Below are positions 1 through 13,248 of a stretch of DNA of 64,000 nt, one piece after another. The stretch comes from Eledone cirrhosa (taxonomy: Eukaryota), in the NCBI GenBank assembly GCA_964016885.1, contig OZ024743.1:41602001-41666000 (forward strand), written 5' to 3'. The notes under the pieces were generated by a model that saw only the letters and a list, made by a program, of their open reading frames with translations, was not told the DNA's origin and did no database searches. Each line of letters begins with the position of its first letter. Position 1 is the stretch's first letter. The position numbers were made by a program, and so were the translations under genes.

Positions 1-332
1 TTTCAGCGGTGGCTTGTGTCTCCGGGGAACCCTAATAGCGGGTTTATCCACCATTAGGGTGTCTCAGTATTATTGAAATTTGCTGAAATGTTGGGAATAA
101 GGATCATATCTTGTCATTTACCTATGGTTTAAATTTCATATCAATCGAAGGGAAAAAGTTTTCAGCGGGGGTTTTGTGTCCCCGGGGAACCGTTTAATTA
201 AAATGAAATATACTCACCGAAGTACCCTGGGAAATGTAGTTTTAGAATATATTTGGTTATGGGGGGTGTATCACTAAAACATAGGAGTAGTTCGTGAACA
301 AACAAACAAACAGACAAACAGACAGGAATACA

Positions 333-337
<5 letters not shown>
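1..337 (-). mobile_element. Non-autonomous Helitron/Helentron-like element, 5' part, cut by the window edge
   Basis: Internal direct repeat (tttcagcgg..tgtgtc.ccggggaacc at 1-31 and ~161-191), (CAAA/CAGA)n tract, and a terminus reading TATATAAAGTTG on the minus strand next to (TA)n. Confidence 0.5.
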
Positions 338-381
<44 letters not shown>

Positions 382-430
382 TAATAAAATAATGTATAAA
401 CAAAGAAACAGTTCCTTATATTAAAAAAAT

Positions 431-572
431 TCATCATTTTACGATCGTTTCTAGGATATATATGTGTTAGAGTTGGTATGCATATTCTATAGATCTATGT
501 ACAATATTTATACAAACTATCAGAGGGAATATACATACCTACACATATATATGCTGTCTTCAGAAATAATGA
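431..572 (-). ncRNA. Type I hammerhead ribozyme in the inverted pLTR
   Basis: Reverse-complement copy of 3809-3950 with intact CUGAAGA...GAAAC-GAUC-GUA core. Confidence 0.8.
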
Positions 573-1740
573 TATTTGTTTATTGAAAAAAACAAAGATT
601 CAATAACATAGGTCTGTTTGGGAACAGGTTTTGAATTGACCAATAGAGAGATAGTGAGGGTCAAGATAGTAATATAGTAGTAGAAGAACCTTAAATTATG
701 GGTAGAGGAAGGTAGATTTCAGTTTTGGATGGAAAAGAATATTATGAATGAAGGATTATTTTAGGGAAGAAATAGGTCTTATGCTGACCTCAGAAATAAT
801 TTTATTTGTTCATTGAATAAAACCAACAAAGATCTAATATATTCTGTCTGTTTGGTAAGAGGTTTAGAATTAACCAATAGAAAGTAAATAATTGGTCAAA
901 TGGTAAAATAGTAGTAATTGAAGCTTATTTTAGGGGTGAAAATAGGTCAGGTGGTCAGTAAAAGGTATACAAGCAGTTGCTGTTATAAAATAGTAATGCC
1001 AATACAAATATCTAAGGTGACTAAAGTTTTACGATAAGAATGTTAGTGAAAAAAATACATCTATGAAAAGAATATAAATTAATTTCATTGATGGGTATAT
1101 TTATATTGATAAAATTATACTAATACATATAGATATGATAAATAAGAGTTAGATGCAGTTGAAAAGTGCTGTTAAAGAAGAGGGGGAAATTAAAAGAATA
1201 TAAAAATAATATATATATACTTATAAACTTATATATATATATACATATATATACACATACACACACACATATGTACATATATATATATATATATACACAC
1301 ACATATATATATATATATATATACACATACATGCATATATACATACATACATATATATATATACACACATACACACTTACATATACATATAATTATTGGG
1401 GGGGGATTAAATTTATTAGTGAGAAATAATAAATATATATAGTTTTCAAGGAACATAGAGTCATAACCTGAAGTTAAAGCATTATATATGTTTACTTAAT
1501 GGTATCAGTTTTAGGAAATGATAGTTGTAAGAAGGAAAGCAAAGTTATGTAGTTCATCAATAGTAGAATATTAATTATAGGTTAACTAAATTAAAAATAG
1601 TTTATATATTAATTTCTAAAGTGTATATTAATTAGGTTTATAATGTTTAAAGCAGAATTATGTAGTTCATCAGTAGTAGAATATTAATTATAGGTTAACT
1701 AAATTAAAAATAGTTTATATATTAATTTCTAAAGTGTATA

Positions 1741-1920
1741 TTAATTTGGTTTATAATATTTAAAGGTTTTTCTCAGTTTATGATTACACGATATTATTAA
1801 TTCCTGTCGCTTATGTAATAGGATATCCTTAGATTTCATTATTTCAAAAAGTTCTTGGGAACATAATCTACATTCATATCTACTATTTTGATAAGGGGTG
1901 GCCCTTTTGAGCACACTCCA
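1741..1920 (-). pseudogene. PLE GIY-YIG C-terminal fragment, inverted
   Basis: WSVLKRATPYQNSRYECRLCSQELFEI...CNHKLRKTF matches the ORF ends of the other PLE copies in the window. Confidence 0.85.
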
Positions 1921-3303
1921 GAATGAATACTGGACCAGAAACACATATAGTAATCTATTCGATATTACTATGGGCTCAAGCGATTCTGCCCAAATTACTG
2001 ATCTTGTGGGCCTCTTTCTTCTTATTAACATAAATGCTTCCTTTCCCCACCTTAACGGTGGTTTATATCGTGACGACTGTCTTCTTCTTTCCAATAACCT
2101 TAGCCTCTCAGAGATAGAAAAAAATAAAAAGCTAATTAGAACTTTCCTTAAAGACTATTATAGTCTAGATATTACATAAGAAAACACAAGTAAAGTAGTT
2201 AATTTCCTAGATATAACATTAGACTTATCTACGGGTATCTACCAACCTTACCATAAACCCAACCAAAATTTACACTACATACACTCACAATCTAATCACC
2301 CTAAATCTATCCTTAAAAACCTTGCATATAATATATCACTTAGAATTTCTAACCTTTCGTCTAACCAAGATGTATTGATAAAAATGCGACCTTTTATAAC
2401 GAAGCTCTAGCTAGAAGTGGCCACAAAAATAGATTAGTATATTAACCTTCTACCAATAACACTACAAACATACAACCTAATATTACCAACAAACACCAAA
2501 TGAAACATACACACCTAAATGCCACTCACACTATACCCCAAAACACCAACATAAAACCAAATTTCTCTAACTCTTCTAATATACAGTATAGTAACTCTCA
2601 AAAAACTACTCATCCTACAACTCTAATAAATGTTAATAATAAAACTCCTAATAAACAAGCTAAAACACCTAAATCAATAAATCTAACTAAAAATGTGTGT
2701 GGTGAGGTCATTAACAATAATTCTCTTAATAAACATCAGGATGCATCCTATAAAAACAATAAACAACATCGAAACCGTAATAGACGAGTTACTTGGTATA
2801 ATGCTCCATTTAATTTACAAATTAAGGATAATATACCTAAAAAATTCTTTAATATCCTAGAGAAAAACTTCCCGCCACACCACAAATACCATCAAATCTT
2901 AAATAGATCAACGGTTAAATTCTCCTACTCAACAACCAAAAACATAAAATAAAATATAAGTGCCTATAATGCATATAAATGTAAAAAAACCATCAGTATA
3001 CTACCAGTACATCAAACTAACCATAATATCTCCTCAGATACAGGATTCACGAAAAGTTGTAACTGTAGAAACAACGCAAACTGTCCATTAAAAGGAAATT
3101 GCCTTGTTAATAACATAGTATATAAATGTAAAGTTAACACTAAGGACTCAATTTATTCATATATAGGAGCTACTTCTAACAAATTTAAGGTAAGATTTAA
3201 TACCCACAAACATAGTTTTAAAAATGCCGCACTAGCTAATACAACATCTCTAGCTGAAATAATTAATAGTTATAGAAAGAGGAATATAGATTATGAAATT
3301 AAT
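1921..3303 (+). pseudogene. PLE RT and GIY-YIG fragment with stops and frameshifts
   Basis: FDITMGSSDSAQITDLVG, GGLYRDDCL, VNFLDITLDL, WYNAPFN, CNCRNNANCPLKGNC, IVYKC...YIGAT. Confidence 0.9.
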
Positions 3304-3808
3304 TTATATTCTTTTCATAGATGTATTTTTTTCACTAACATTCTTATCGTAAAACTTTAGTCACCTTAGATATTTGTATTGGCATTACTATTTTATAACA
3401 GCAACTGCTTGTATACCTTTTACTGACCACCTGACCTATTTTCACCCCTAAAATAAGCTTCAATTACTACTATTTTACCATTTGGCCAATTATTAACTCT
3501 CTATTGGTTAATTCTAAACCTCTTACCAAACAGGCAGAATATATTAGATCTTTGTTGGTTTTATTCAATGAACAAATAAAATTATTTCTGAGGTCAGCAT
3601 AAGACCTATTTTTTCCCTAAAATAATCCTTCATTCACAATATTCTTTTCCATCCAAAACTGAAATCTACCTTCCTCTACCCATAATTTAAGGTTCTTCTA
3701 CTACTATATTACTATTTTGACCCTCACTATCTCTCTATTGGTCAATTCAAAACCTGTTCCCAAACAGACCTATGTTATTGAATCTTTGTTTTTTTCAATA
3801 AGCAAATA

Positions 3809-3950
3809 TCATTATTTCTGAAGACAGCATATATATGTGTAGGTATGTATATTCCCTCTGATAGTTAGTATAAATATTGTACATAGATCTATAGAATATG
3901 CATACCAACTCTAACACATATATATCCTAGAAACGATCGTAAAATGATGA
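3809..3950 (+). ncRNA. Type I hammerhead ribozyme with extended stem II
   Basis: Stem I tcattattt/aaatgatga; core CTGAAGA 3818-3824; stem II 3825-3929 (atatatatgtgt/acacatatatat and ggtatgtatattc/gaatatgcatacc); GAAAC-GATC-GTA with a palindromic stem III loop. Confidence 0.85.
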
Positions 3951-4660
3951 ATTTTTTTAATATAAGGAACTGTTTCTTTGTTTATTCATTATTTTATTAA
4001 TTTATCTTGACTCTGTTTTCCGTTTATTTTTCACCGAAAGTAGTTTTTGAATGCATCTTCTCTTTTCATGATATCCGGATTACATTGAGTTCTTCATACG
4101 GATTGGACACTACCGTAAACTGTTGGTAGATTTATCTACATATATATATATATATATATATATATACTAGTCTCGTCAATATATATATATATAATTGCGT
4201 TAATATATATACATATATACATATGTATATAAATATGGGTAATATTAGATGTTAAACATCATCCAATTACAAGTATGAGAGTAGCTCAATGTAACATAAT
4301 AAATATAATACAGAGCCGAAATACTGTGCTGCGGTACAACACGTACAATTCGATTTGTTTTGAGGCAATCACAGAGCACTCAGTAAATATGTTTTCTGTT
4401 TTCAATCATAGAAAACACCACATAGTTATTTGAACAGCCAATCATATCGATACTAGTACATAATTCGTCGAGTACCTCTTGACACATCGCTAAGTTACGG
4501 GATATAAACAAACTGGTGGTCTGTTTAAAAGTAATAGACTAAACCATGTAGTTGCGAAGCGCGAACGTCTTCAGCTTACAGTCATGCCTGTATTCTCAGT
4601 CACACACACATACACCCCCACATACATATGGAGACACACACACGGACACACACACGCACG

Positions 4661-4694
<34 letters not shown>

Positions 4695-4735
4695 TACACA
4701 CACACAGATACACACACACGGCACACACACACACG

Positions 4736-4768
<33 letters not shown>

Positions 4769-5164
4769 GCACACACACATACTTATACAAGCTCACATAA
4801 AAAAGCAACCTTATATTTAAAACCGTATGCATAATTTCGCTCATTGTGAAATATTGTGGTACAGAGAATCTCGTATGGTATATCTATACTTGAGTGTTAA
4901 TGAACCGCTATAGTGCATTATGAGTTACATCCTATTGTCTTCTGAGAAATACTATATTCAGTTTAAAAGACAAATGTAAAATGTGATGGAGACGAAAAAC
5001 AATCATACAAACAACAACAAAAAAAAGAAAACATTAAATATTCTCAAAGAAAGCCTAAATACGTCAATAATAGAATGTCAGAATGAGTTAAATGTTGATG
5101 TATTTAATTCTATTTCAATGAAAAACATGTTTAGCAGGCTTTTCATGACAACACTTTTACCTTA

Positions 5165-5265
<101 letters not shown>

Positions 5266-5604
5266 TATGTTTGTATGTATTGTGTGTGTGCATACATATA
5301 TAACTTTCTATAGAATGTATCCTCAGTACATATGCCAGTAGCTAGGTTAGTGTGTTCTTTACATAGATGTTGTTCTGCAGCTAAAGGTACATGCAAAATA
5401 ACATTCCTGAAGCAGTGAAGTAGGAGTTTGATTTCATTTATACTTTTTCCTATATATTATCATTTTTAGACTTTCTTACAAATAGTCGCATATTTAAACA
5501 CAAACACACACACGCACAAACACACACACGCACAAACACACAAACACACACACATACACACACGCGCACACACACACATACACACACACAAATATATATA
5601 TATG

Positions 5605-5684
<80 letters not shown>

Positions 5685-6429
5685 GATATTACATATACAC
5701 ATACATAATACTATAATTAGGTTAAGACTATACATATAAAATATATATATTGATTATGTTACTCACCAAAGAATTATTATTGAACATTAAACCCACATCA
5801 CAATTTATACAAATTTAAATAATATACATTTTTTTATGTTTCTAAAAATAGATCAAACACACGCACACACACACACACACATACACACACACACACACAC
5901 ACATACATACACACATGCGCACGCACACATACATACACCCCCCCCCCACATATATATATATATATATATATAAACATTTTAACAAAATCAATTGTGTATC
6001 GTGGGAGGAAAGGTGGTTTCAGTCAGGTTGGTAAGAAACGAAATAAATCAAGTACAACTCCAGCTTGCCAAACAAATACTCCAACATTTTTTCTACTACC
6101 TCCATTCGAATATACAATAGAAAATGGGGTAAGTAAAGCTGCTAAAAATAGCCTACGAAATTGTCTTTTGTGTGTTGTTGATGTGGATTGCATCAGCTGA
6201 ATGTATTCGTTCTGGCGGGATGCAATCAATTTTGTTGGATAAATACAACCTATGTCATAGTAATTACCTGATCCGTTGAAGAAGAATGATTTTAAAGGGA
6301 CATAATCTACTATCGTCTGCCTCATCTACTTCTCCTTCGCCAAACTCATGATTGATATTGCTTTCATTATTTTTACTAGCACAACCTTTTCCCCATATAC
6401 TTCCTTATAACAGGCATTATTATTATAAT

Positions 6430-6605
6430 TACTACTGAGAGTGGTGGATGGCAGTATCTGTAGAGGGTCTGACGCCATGCTTTGCAGCAAAGAGTTACGG
6501 CCGAGGTTAACTTTGCCTTTCATCCTTACGGGGTCGATAAAATAAAGTACCAGTAATGCACTGGAATAATTTCTGGCCTCGTGCCAACAGTAGAAACAAT
6601 TATTA
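6430..6605 (+). mobile_element. SINE, family A (octopus-type), internally deleted
   Basis: Core gccgaggttaactttgcctttcatccttacggggtcgataaaataaagtaccag shared with many copies in the window; (ATT)n tail. Confidence 0.85.
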
Positions 6606-8457
6606 TAATTATTATATTCTACGTAGGTGTGTGTCACCTCTACTTCAACTAGTACATTTGGAAGATTTTATTTAATTGTTTTCATTGTTAACATTATTTT
6701 CGTCGACGAAGAGAATATCATTTATATTGTTGTTGTTGTGAAAAGCGGTATTCTTCCCGTTGTAGTTGGGTTTGCTAAATTTCCTCGTGTGACTTGTGCT
6801 ATTACTGTTGTCGATGTCATAGCTACATTTGCTTTTTTGTGCTATTATTTCGTAGGCTCCATCTAATTTTTAAATATGATTTTATCTCTTTCGGATAGGC
6901 ATTCGAATATGTTTTTATGTTTTCTATGTTGCGTATTTCGATGGTAGCTTGGGGGTCGAAACTTCTGAGACACGTTGTGTCCGTTCCCATATCGTGTTAT
7001 CATTTCTTAGCTGAATCTGTAAGACATCCACCATATTTATGACATCCACCATATTTATTTCGTTGTTAATATTTCTGTTTGACAGTCTGTTGTTTACGTT
7101 TTATTTGATTTAACCACATTAACATTTTATTGAAAAGCTTCTTGGATTTTCAAGTGAGGTATATGAATTTTTGTTGTATAAATGTTATGACTGCTGTTTC
7201 TTTTCTATTAGCGTGGTCACAATATATATAGGCATATAAATGCATACACACACATATACACACATGTATACACATTCATACCACACACATACATCTGCAC
7301 ACACGCATACAGCCACCTCCATCCATACAGGGAGTTAAGCTAACTATAAACTGCACAATTAAATACCCGAAACACAGGCTATGTGGTTTAAATACAGAGC
7401 TCTGGCAGAAACGTGAAATAGTGTGGTACAAATCCTACAATTGCATTACTCTAATGTCATAGCCGCCATATATCTGATCCACTGGAACTTGGCAATTGAA
7501 GTCAACATGAACATCAACAATACCCTAAGAACGATAATGAAAAATAAATATATCGAGACACGCACAATACTTCATCTACGGCATGCATTTCTCCGCATAT
7601 AATTAACCAAAGTAACATACCAAGTTTCTACATAGAGAAGGGCAACATTGAAAACAATCATGGGAATCGATGAATGGTGAATGCCGTCTTTATAGGAGTG
7701 AGTTTTGGATTGAAAATTAAAAGATAACGAGGAAAGTGGATAACTTATGGTATGACAACATGTACCAGCGTTCGATGTTTGGCGATACTACTACCACAGG
7801 TGCATTAGTTTATAACTGCAGAAGGATTTAAGACGAATTAAAACTTGAAATAAATATAGTAAAAATACCAGGTATCCCAATTCAATGCCTAATGAGCAGA
7901 ACTTGCCATCTTAAGAAGTCTGTGTACAGATAGAAACTGACTATTCCGTCATGTATACTCATAGATATATAGCAAATCTAGAGATGTGTTTTGCAACATA
8001 GGATGTTCAGAGGGAGGTTGCAGGAATGTTATCATAACGTTACCTAGAGGAAACTACATGTAGTGTAGGAGAAAAAAGAAGAAGAACTTGCTCGATTTCA
8101 AAGAAAAGAAATGCTAAAGTAAAAATTGATATACATTTCTATCTACATTTAGATGAATGAAGAAAGCTACCGAAATAGCGTAAGCTAAAACCACCATCAA
8201 TAGAAAGCAAGAACGGAAAAGTAACAACACCATGAAAGGGCAATGAAATATATATAACTATTTGGTTGTTAAACCAATGAATGAATGGATTAGTTACTTG
8301 ATTAATAGTAATACACCGAAAGGAAATGCAAGTGGTTGTTGTGTATTATTGACAGTAGATGCGTCCCATGATATAACATATTATTTCACTTGTTCGAGTC
8401 TCTGTCTATATAACGTTGCCCCAGTATGATCTCCGTCTAATGACGGACAACTCTACA

Positions 8458-8655
8458 ATAATTGTTTCTACTTTTGGCACAAGGTCAGCAATTTACCAGT
8501 GCATTACTGGTACATTATTTTATCGACCCCGTAAGGATGAAAGGTAAAGTTAACCTCGGCCGGATTTGAACTCAGACAATAAAGGGCCGTAACTCTTTGC
8601 TGCAAAGTATGGCGTCCGACCCTCTACCGCTACTGCCAATCCACCGCCCTCTACA
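8458..8655 (-). mobile_element. SINE family A
   Basis: Reverse complement of the family core; B-box-like GAGTTCAAATCC. Confidence 0.85.
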
Positions 8656-8918
8656 ATAATAAATGATTCTCATTTGTGTATCTGTGTATGAATATATATA
8701 TATTTGTTTTGTAGGAATATGTACTGCGAGTGTTTGTGTGATATGTGTGTTGATACTATGTATGTGTGAGTGTGTCCTTCTGTGCGTTTTTGCGTATAAG
8801 TAGGTGTGTTTATGCAATTGTGCATGATTGTGCGTGCGTTTCTTGGTATTTTGTTTCAGATTACGAACAGCAAAAAATATGATAAAATATGAAATGTAAA
8901 GAAAAATAAATAAGTTAA

Positions 8919-8940
8919 GGATGATGATGATGAAGACGAT

Positions 8941-9008
<68 letters not shown>

Positions 9009-9110
9009 AGAAGAAGAAGAAGAAGAAGAAGAAGAAGAAGAAGAAGAAGAAGAAGAAGAAGAAGAAGAAGAAGAAGAAGAAGAAGAAGAAGAAGAAGAAG
9101 AAGAAGAAGA
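8919..9110. repeat. Compound trinucleotide microsatellite (GAT)n(GGC)n(GAC)n(GAA)n
   Basis: Directly visible. Confidence 0.95.
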
Positions 9111-10314
9111 TCATATCTAGGCAGATTAAATAAAAGTGAAGGATAAAGTAGTAAAAAAGCAAACAAAAATAATAAAGAATGAAAGCAAGGATAACATTTT
9201 CAGAATTCTGAAGGAGGAATAGAAGTAGAAGACGCAGCAGAAAAGAGAAAAGAATAGAAAACAGAAGAGAATTGGATGAGATGAGAGGCAGAAGAGTGAA
9301 ATTTTAAGAATGATATATAAGAAAATATTTTTGAATCCAAATCTATCAGTATCTGTAGATGAACAGAAAGTAAAAAAAAAAATCGTTTTTCATGTCATCA
9401 AATGGTTGACAGTTGAACTGATGTTAGCTGTTGAGTGGGGCTTTAGCTGTTTTATACATCTTGATTAAATTTAGTTCTAAGAGATCATCTGTCAACGAGC
9501 ATCACTTCTTTTGTCGGTAGCAGACGTCGGGCGTTTGATATTCTGTATATGTAATCCTAGCAAATACACTTCAATTATATTATTGGTCGTGGTGATATTG
9601 ATAGTGGTTGATGTGATATTAGTATAGGTCATGTCGGCGTACTTGCTGTGTGATTCACTTAGCCGCCAGTGAATTTCAAACCACGTGCTCTTTAAAATAT
9701 AATTACATGTAGTGTAAAAAAAAAGATTCTATTTCAAATGTGAAAATAACAATTTGTGGTTTGTAATAGTATTCATGTATAAAAGTCAAAATGACAATGG
9801 ATTAATATTAAAAACATTGCCGACAAATACACAGTGCATGTTTCTCCGTGATACCTTTGCTTATTTCTTGACTGTAAGAGGAACTACTAAAAATCTTCCT
9901 GTATATCTAATTATCTATATCTCAACTTTATGCTATGCAAATATGCATAAATACCTGATTTCAAAACATTTTCTATTTGGTTACAAAATGCTGTTAAATA
10001 TTTTAATTTGTACTATAGTGTACCGCGATTAAAATCAAATAAGTTCGGCAAATACATAAACTATAGTTGTTGGATAGAATATATGGAGTTATTTATTCCT
10101 CTTTTTTGTGTGCACTGAGTGTAAATCTCCTTAATGTGGTGAGCTATTTTATGTATCTTTTTTAAATGTAACACATATATGTAATTTGGCAACGAACATG
10201 ATTTCTTTTGTAGGTAGTAGATGCTTGTGGCTTGATATTCTGATTATATTCGATCAAATCCATTTCTGTAATTGGTGTAATGTTCATGGTGGTAAAGCTG
10301 AGTGCTCAACAATT

Positions 10315-10502
10315 ATATTTGTTTCTACTTTTGGCACAAGGCCAGCAATTATCCAGTACATTACTGGTACTTTATTTTCTCGGCCCTGTAAAGATGAAAG
10401 GCAAAGTTAACCTCGGCGGGATTTGAACTCAGACCATAAATGGACGTAACTATAATGGAAAGCATGGCGTCCGACTCTCTATTGATACTACCAATCCACC
10501 GA
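10315..10502 (-). mobile_element. SINE family A
   Basis: Family core, reverse complement. Confidence 0.85.
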
Positions 10503-10703
10503 CAGCACGCGTACCTGCAATGTTGCCCATAATTCACCATACGCTTCAGTATAATGTTAATTAATATACAGCAGTTATTTGGTTCATTCGTTACACGGTC
10601 CGAGAAGAAAACAAACTTTGCATTATTTGTTCCAGCTTTCTGCACACTGAAGTCAAATCTCGCCAACGTGAACTGTGCCTTTCACCATTTTTAGTCTGGA
10701 AAA

Positions 10704-10876
10704 CAATTGTTTCTATTTTTGGCACAATGCCAGCAATTATCCCAGTGCATTAGTTGTACTTTATTTGATCGACCCCACAAGGAGGAAAGGCAAAGTTAAC
10801 CTCGGCGGGATTTGATCTCAGGCCGTAAAGGGACGTAACTATGTTGGAAAGCATGGCATCCGACCCTCTACCGATA
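10704..10876 (-). mobile_element. SINE family A
   Basis: Family core, reverse complement. Confidence 0.85.
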
Positions 10877-13049
10877 AATGTACTAAAACCACGATCGATT
10901 CGTCCTAGTCACGTTCTAATTCACAACACCTTCTTTCTATAAGAAATGGGCTGTGTTCCACTCCGGAGAGGAGAGGGTTCACCAGATTTCAATATTCAAG
11001 ACATGTAAGATGTCATAATACAGCATCCTTACAAGGCCACAAGAAGTTCAGGGATAATAATGCTGATGATGGTGGGAGCAGAAACGTGAATATCTTAGGA
11101 TTGTAATGATTCTAGCAGAGATTATGGTGGTACTTAGGCAAAATGTTTAGTGTGTCGGAAAGAATGGTAGATTCAAATGCTAACATTCTTGCTTCAACTC
11201 TTCACCCGTTATAAACATTGTCTTTAATCCTTCCGTTTTCGAAAAATAGAGTAGCATTCTATTGACGTGAGAGATGATTTATAGTTGTTACCGCTCTGCG
11301 TCACTTTTTTTTTCAATTTTTGATTTTAGTTAGTTCTGCCCTTGGCCGACATCTATATTCTATCATATCTTACGTATATATATTTGAAAAGATCGGTTGT
11401 ATAAATTCGATAATATTGATGTGTGTAAATATTCTTCTGGTCTGGAATATATTGATCATTACATAGACCATAAAGAAGCAACGTTGGGAAGCGATGAAAA
11501 CGTAAACACAAACATACGTAGATGCACTCTCATTTAGAAACATATATGACAGTCTGCGACATCATTTTTACCTGACACATTTTAACCTCAAGGTATTAGG
11601 CACACTGGTGCAATAGAAAATGGCGCTTATCTAAGATGCCAAGCTGCGTTACACAACCAGAAAACATATTGTTGCGAAAAGAATATCGTATACAACCATT
11701 CCTGCAATAATAGATACATAGCCAGCTGTGTGAGTGAGTGTGCGCATATGCGTGTGTATTTGTACATATGTGTGTATGTGCCTGATTTTGCTTAGTGTGG
11801 TATAGATACAGCAGGCAAACATTTGTTTATTTCCTAATTAAAACAATTTACATGAACACAACAACCTCCCTATCAAATATGCCCCTCCCCCCTCCTCCCA
11901 CTAGCCATATCTATCATCTATCATTACGATTACTGAAGGCCAAACAAAATTATTGAGATTTAAATGAGGAAACTGTCCGGAAATATGTTACATCCGGTTC
12001 ACAGTTAATGTCAAACTAACCATGAAAATAATTATAAAATATGTTTTTTTTCCGCCTCCTCTTTATTGTTTTATAAATGCTTTAATCATTTTTTTTTGTA
12101 TAAAAAAAAAAATTGAAATAAAAAACGAGAAAAAACTAATTTTCTTTCTACATGTAAAAAATATATTTTCTCTATTTGAAGGAGAGTGTGCAGTTATTTC
12201 AAGTAAGTCGAATGATTGAGCAATAGTGGTGTTGATGAATCAGCTCTTTTATAGACTAGGGTTAAACCACGGCCGAAGCTGAAACAAATTCAATGAGAGT
12301 TCTAGTGTTTCGTGAATTATATGGAGCTTGTAGGTCTTTATCTCCTTCACTCTGATAACTCTTTCCAAAGTGCAACAATTAACCTTGCACAAATGTGCAG
12401 TACGTATGCTAAATATGATTTTTTGTACGTTATATTCACTATGAGTTTCATAATGGTCATAACTTGTCTCATGCACCCACTTCTCAAATGCATATCTGAC
12501 CTACTCATTCGGGGATTAATCAAGGCTTTCCCTGCCCGTCAGAGGGTAAAATATCGAAATATCGGTCAATCAACGATAAGTTTGTGTCCGAATCTGCAGC
12601 AATGGAGACTTCTGGAAATATTGGGCCCCGGCTACTCACCACTATCAACGAGGAGTTAGCTACATACAGGAGTTGGAATGGCCATTCCAAAGGTGTCTCT
12701 CTCACCATTTGTCCGCTGTTACCACAAGGCGGCCTGCACATGTGATTCCACACACAATAGAACGTTCCCCTATCAGGACCGGGCCCGCATCACTGTTACC
12801 TGTGAGATACATTTCTTAATGTCACCCAGCTTAATTGTTATTTACTAACAGTTCATGAGTCACCAAATGACACCTTTATTTCTTGGTCCTCACTCACCCC
12901 CCGCCTCCTGAAAAAATTGGAATAATATGAAATATCACTGACAATTCCATTCTAAACAATGAAATGTCAACTGTGGAAATGTCCTGCTTTAATAAGAAAC
13001 AGCAACCAAATATAAAATATCAGTACGACATTTCATAGATACTATCGAC

Positions 13050-13248
13050 AGTCAACTTTCGTCAAATCGGACCGAGGAAACATTGTTTCCATTGGTCTTT
13101 CCAATTGCTAATACGATCTATCGGTCGCAACTCCAGGTAGAAGGAGCAACTTGAAATAAAGTGTCTTGCCAAAGAACAAAACGCATCGCCCGAACTCACA
13201 TCCTCGCGATTGCGAATCCAATTCTCTAACCACTCGGCCACACGCTTT
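13050..13248 (-). mobile_element. SINE family B (tRNA-derived head)
   Basis: Close match to 51045-51255; minus strand begins gcgtgtggccgagtggttagagaattgg (A-box-like). Confidence 0.8.

Larger units (their letters stand above)
377..4004 (+). mobile_element. Penelope-like element copy 1 (Hydra-clade-like), 5'-truncated, with inverted pseudo-LTRs
   Basis: ~710 bp inverted repeats 377-1087 and 3294-4004 flank RT and GIY-YIG remnants; (TA)n on both sides. Confidence 0.9.

Noticed and set aside
1545-1745. ~113 bp period tandem duplication
   Set aside because: Lies in the PLE 3' UTR; ordinary internal duplication, not a CRISPR-like array.
4062-4120. TCATGA-atccg...cggat-GGACAC-TACC-GTA, resembling a hammerhead
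   Set aside because: Too many core mismatches to call from a single copy.
8572-9166. Poly-F/V/K/T ORFs
   Set aside because: Produced by the compound trinucleotide repeat.
12249-12753. Overlapping short ORFs in non-repetitive sequence
   Set aside because: No recognisable motifs or splice structure.
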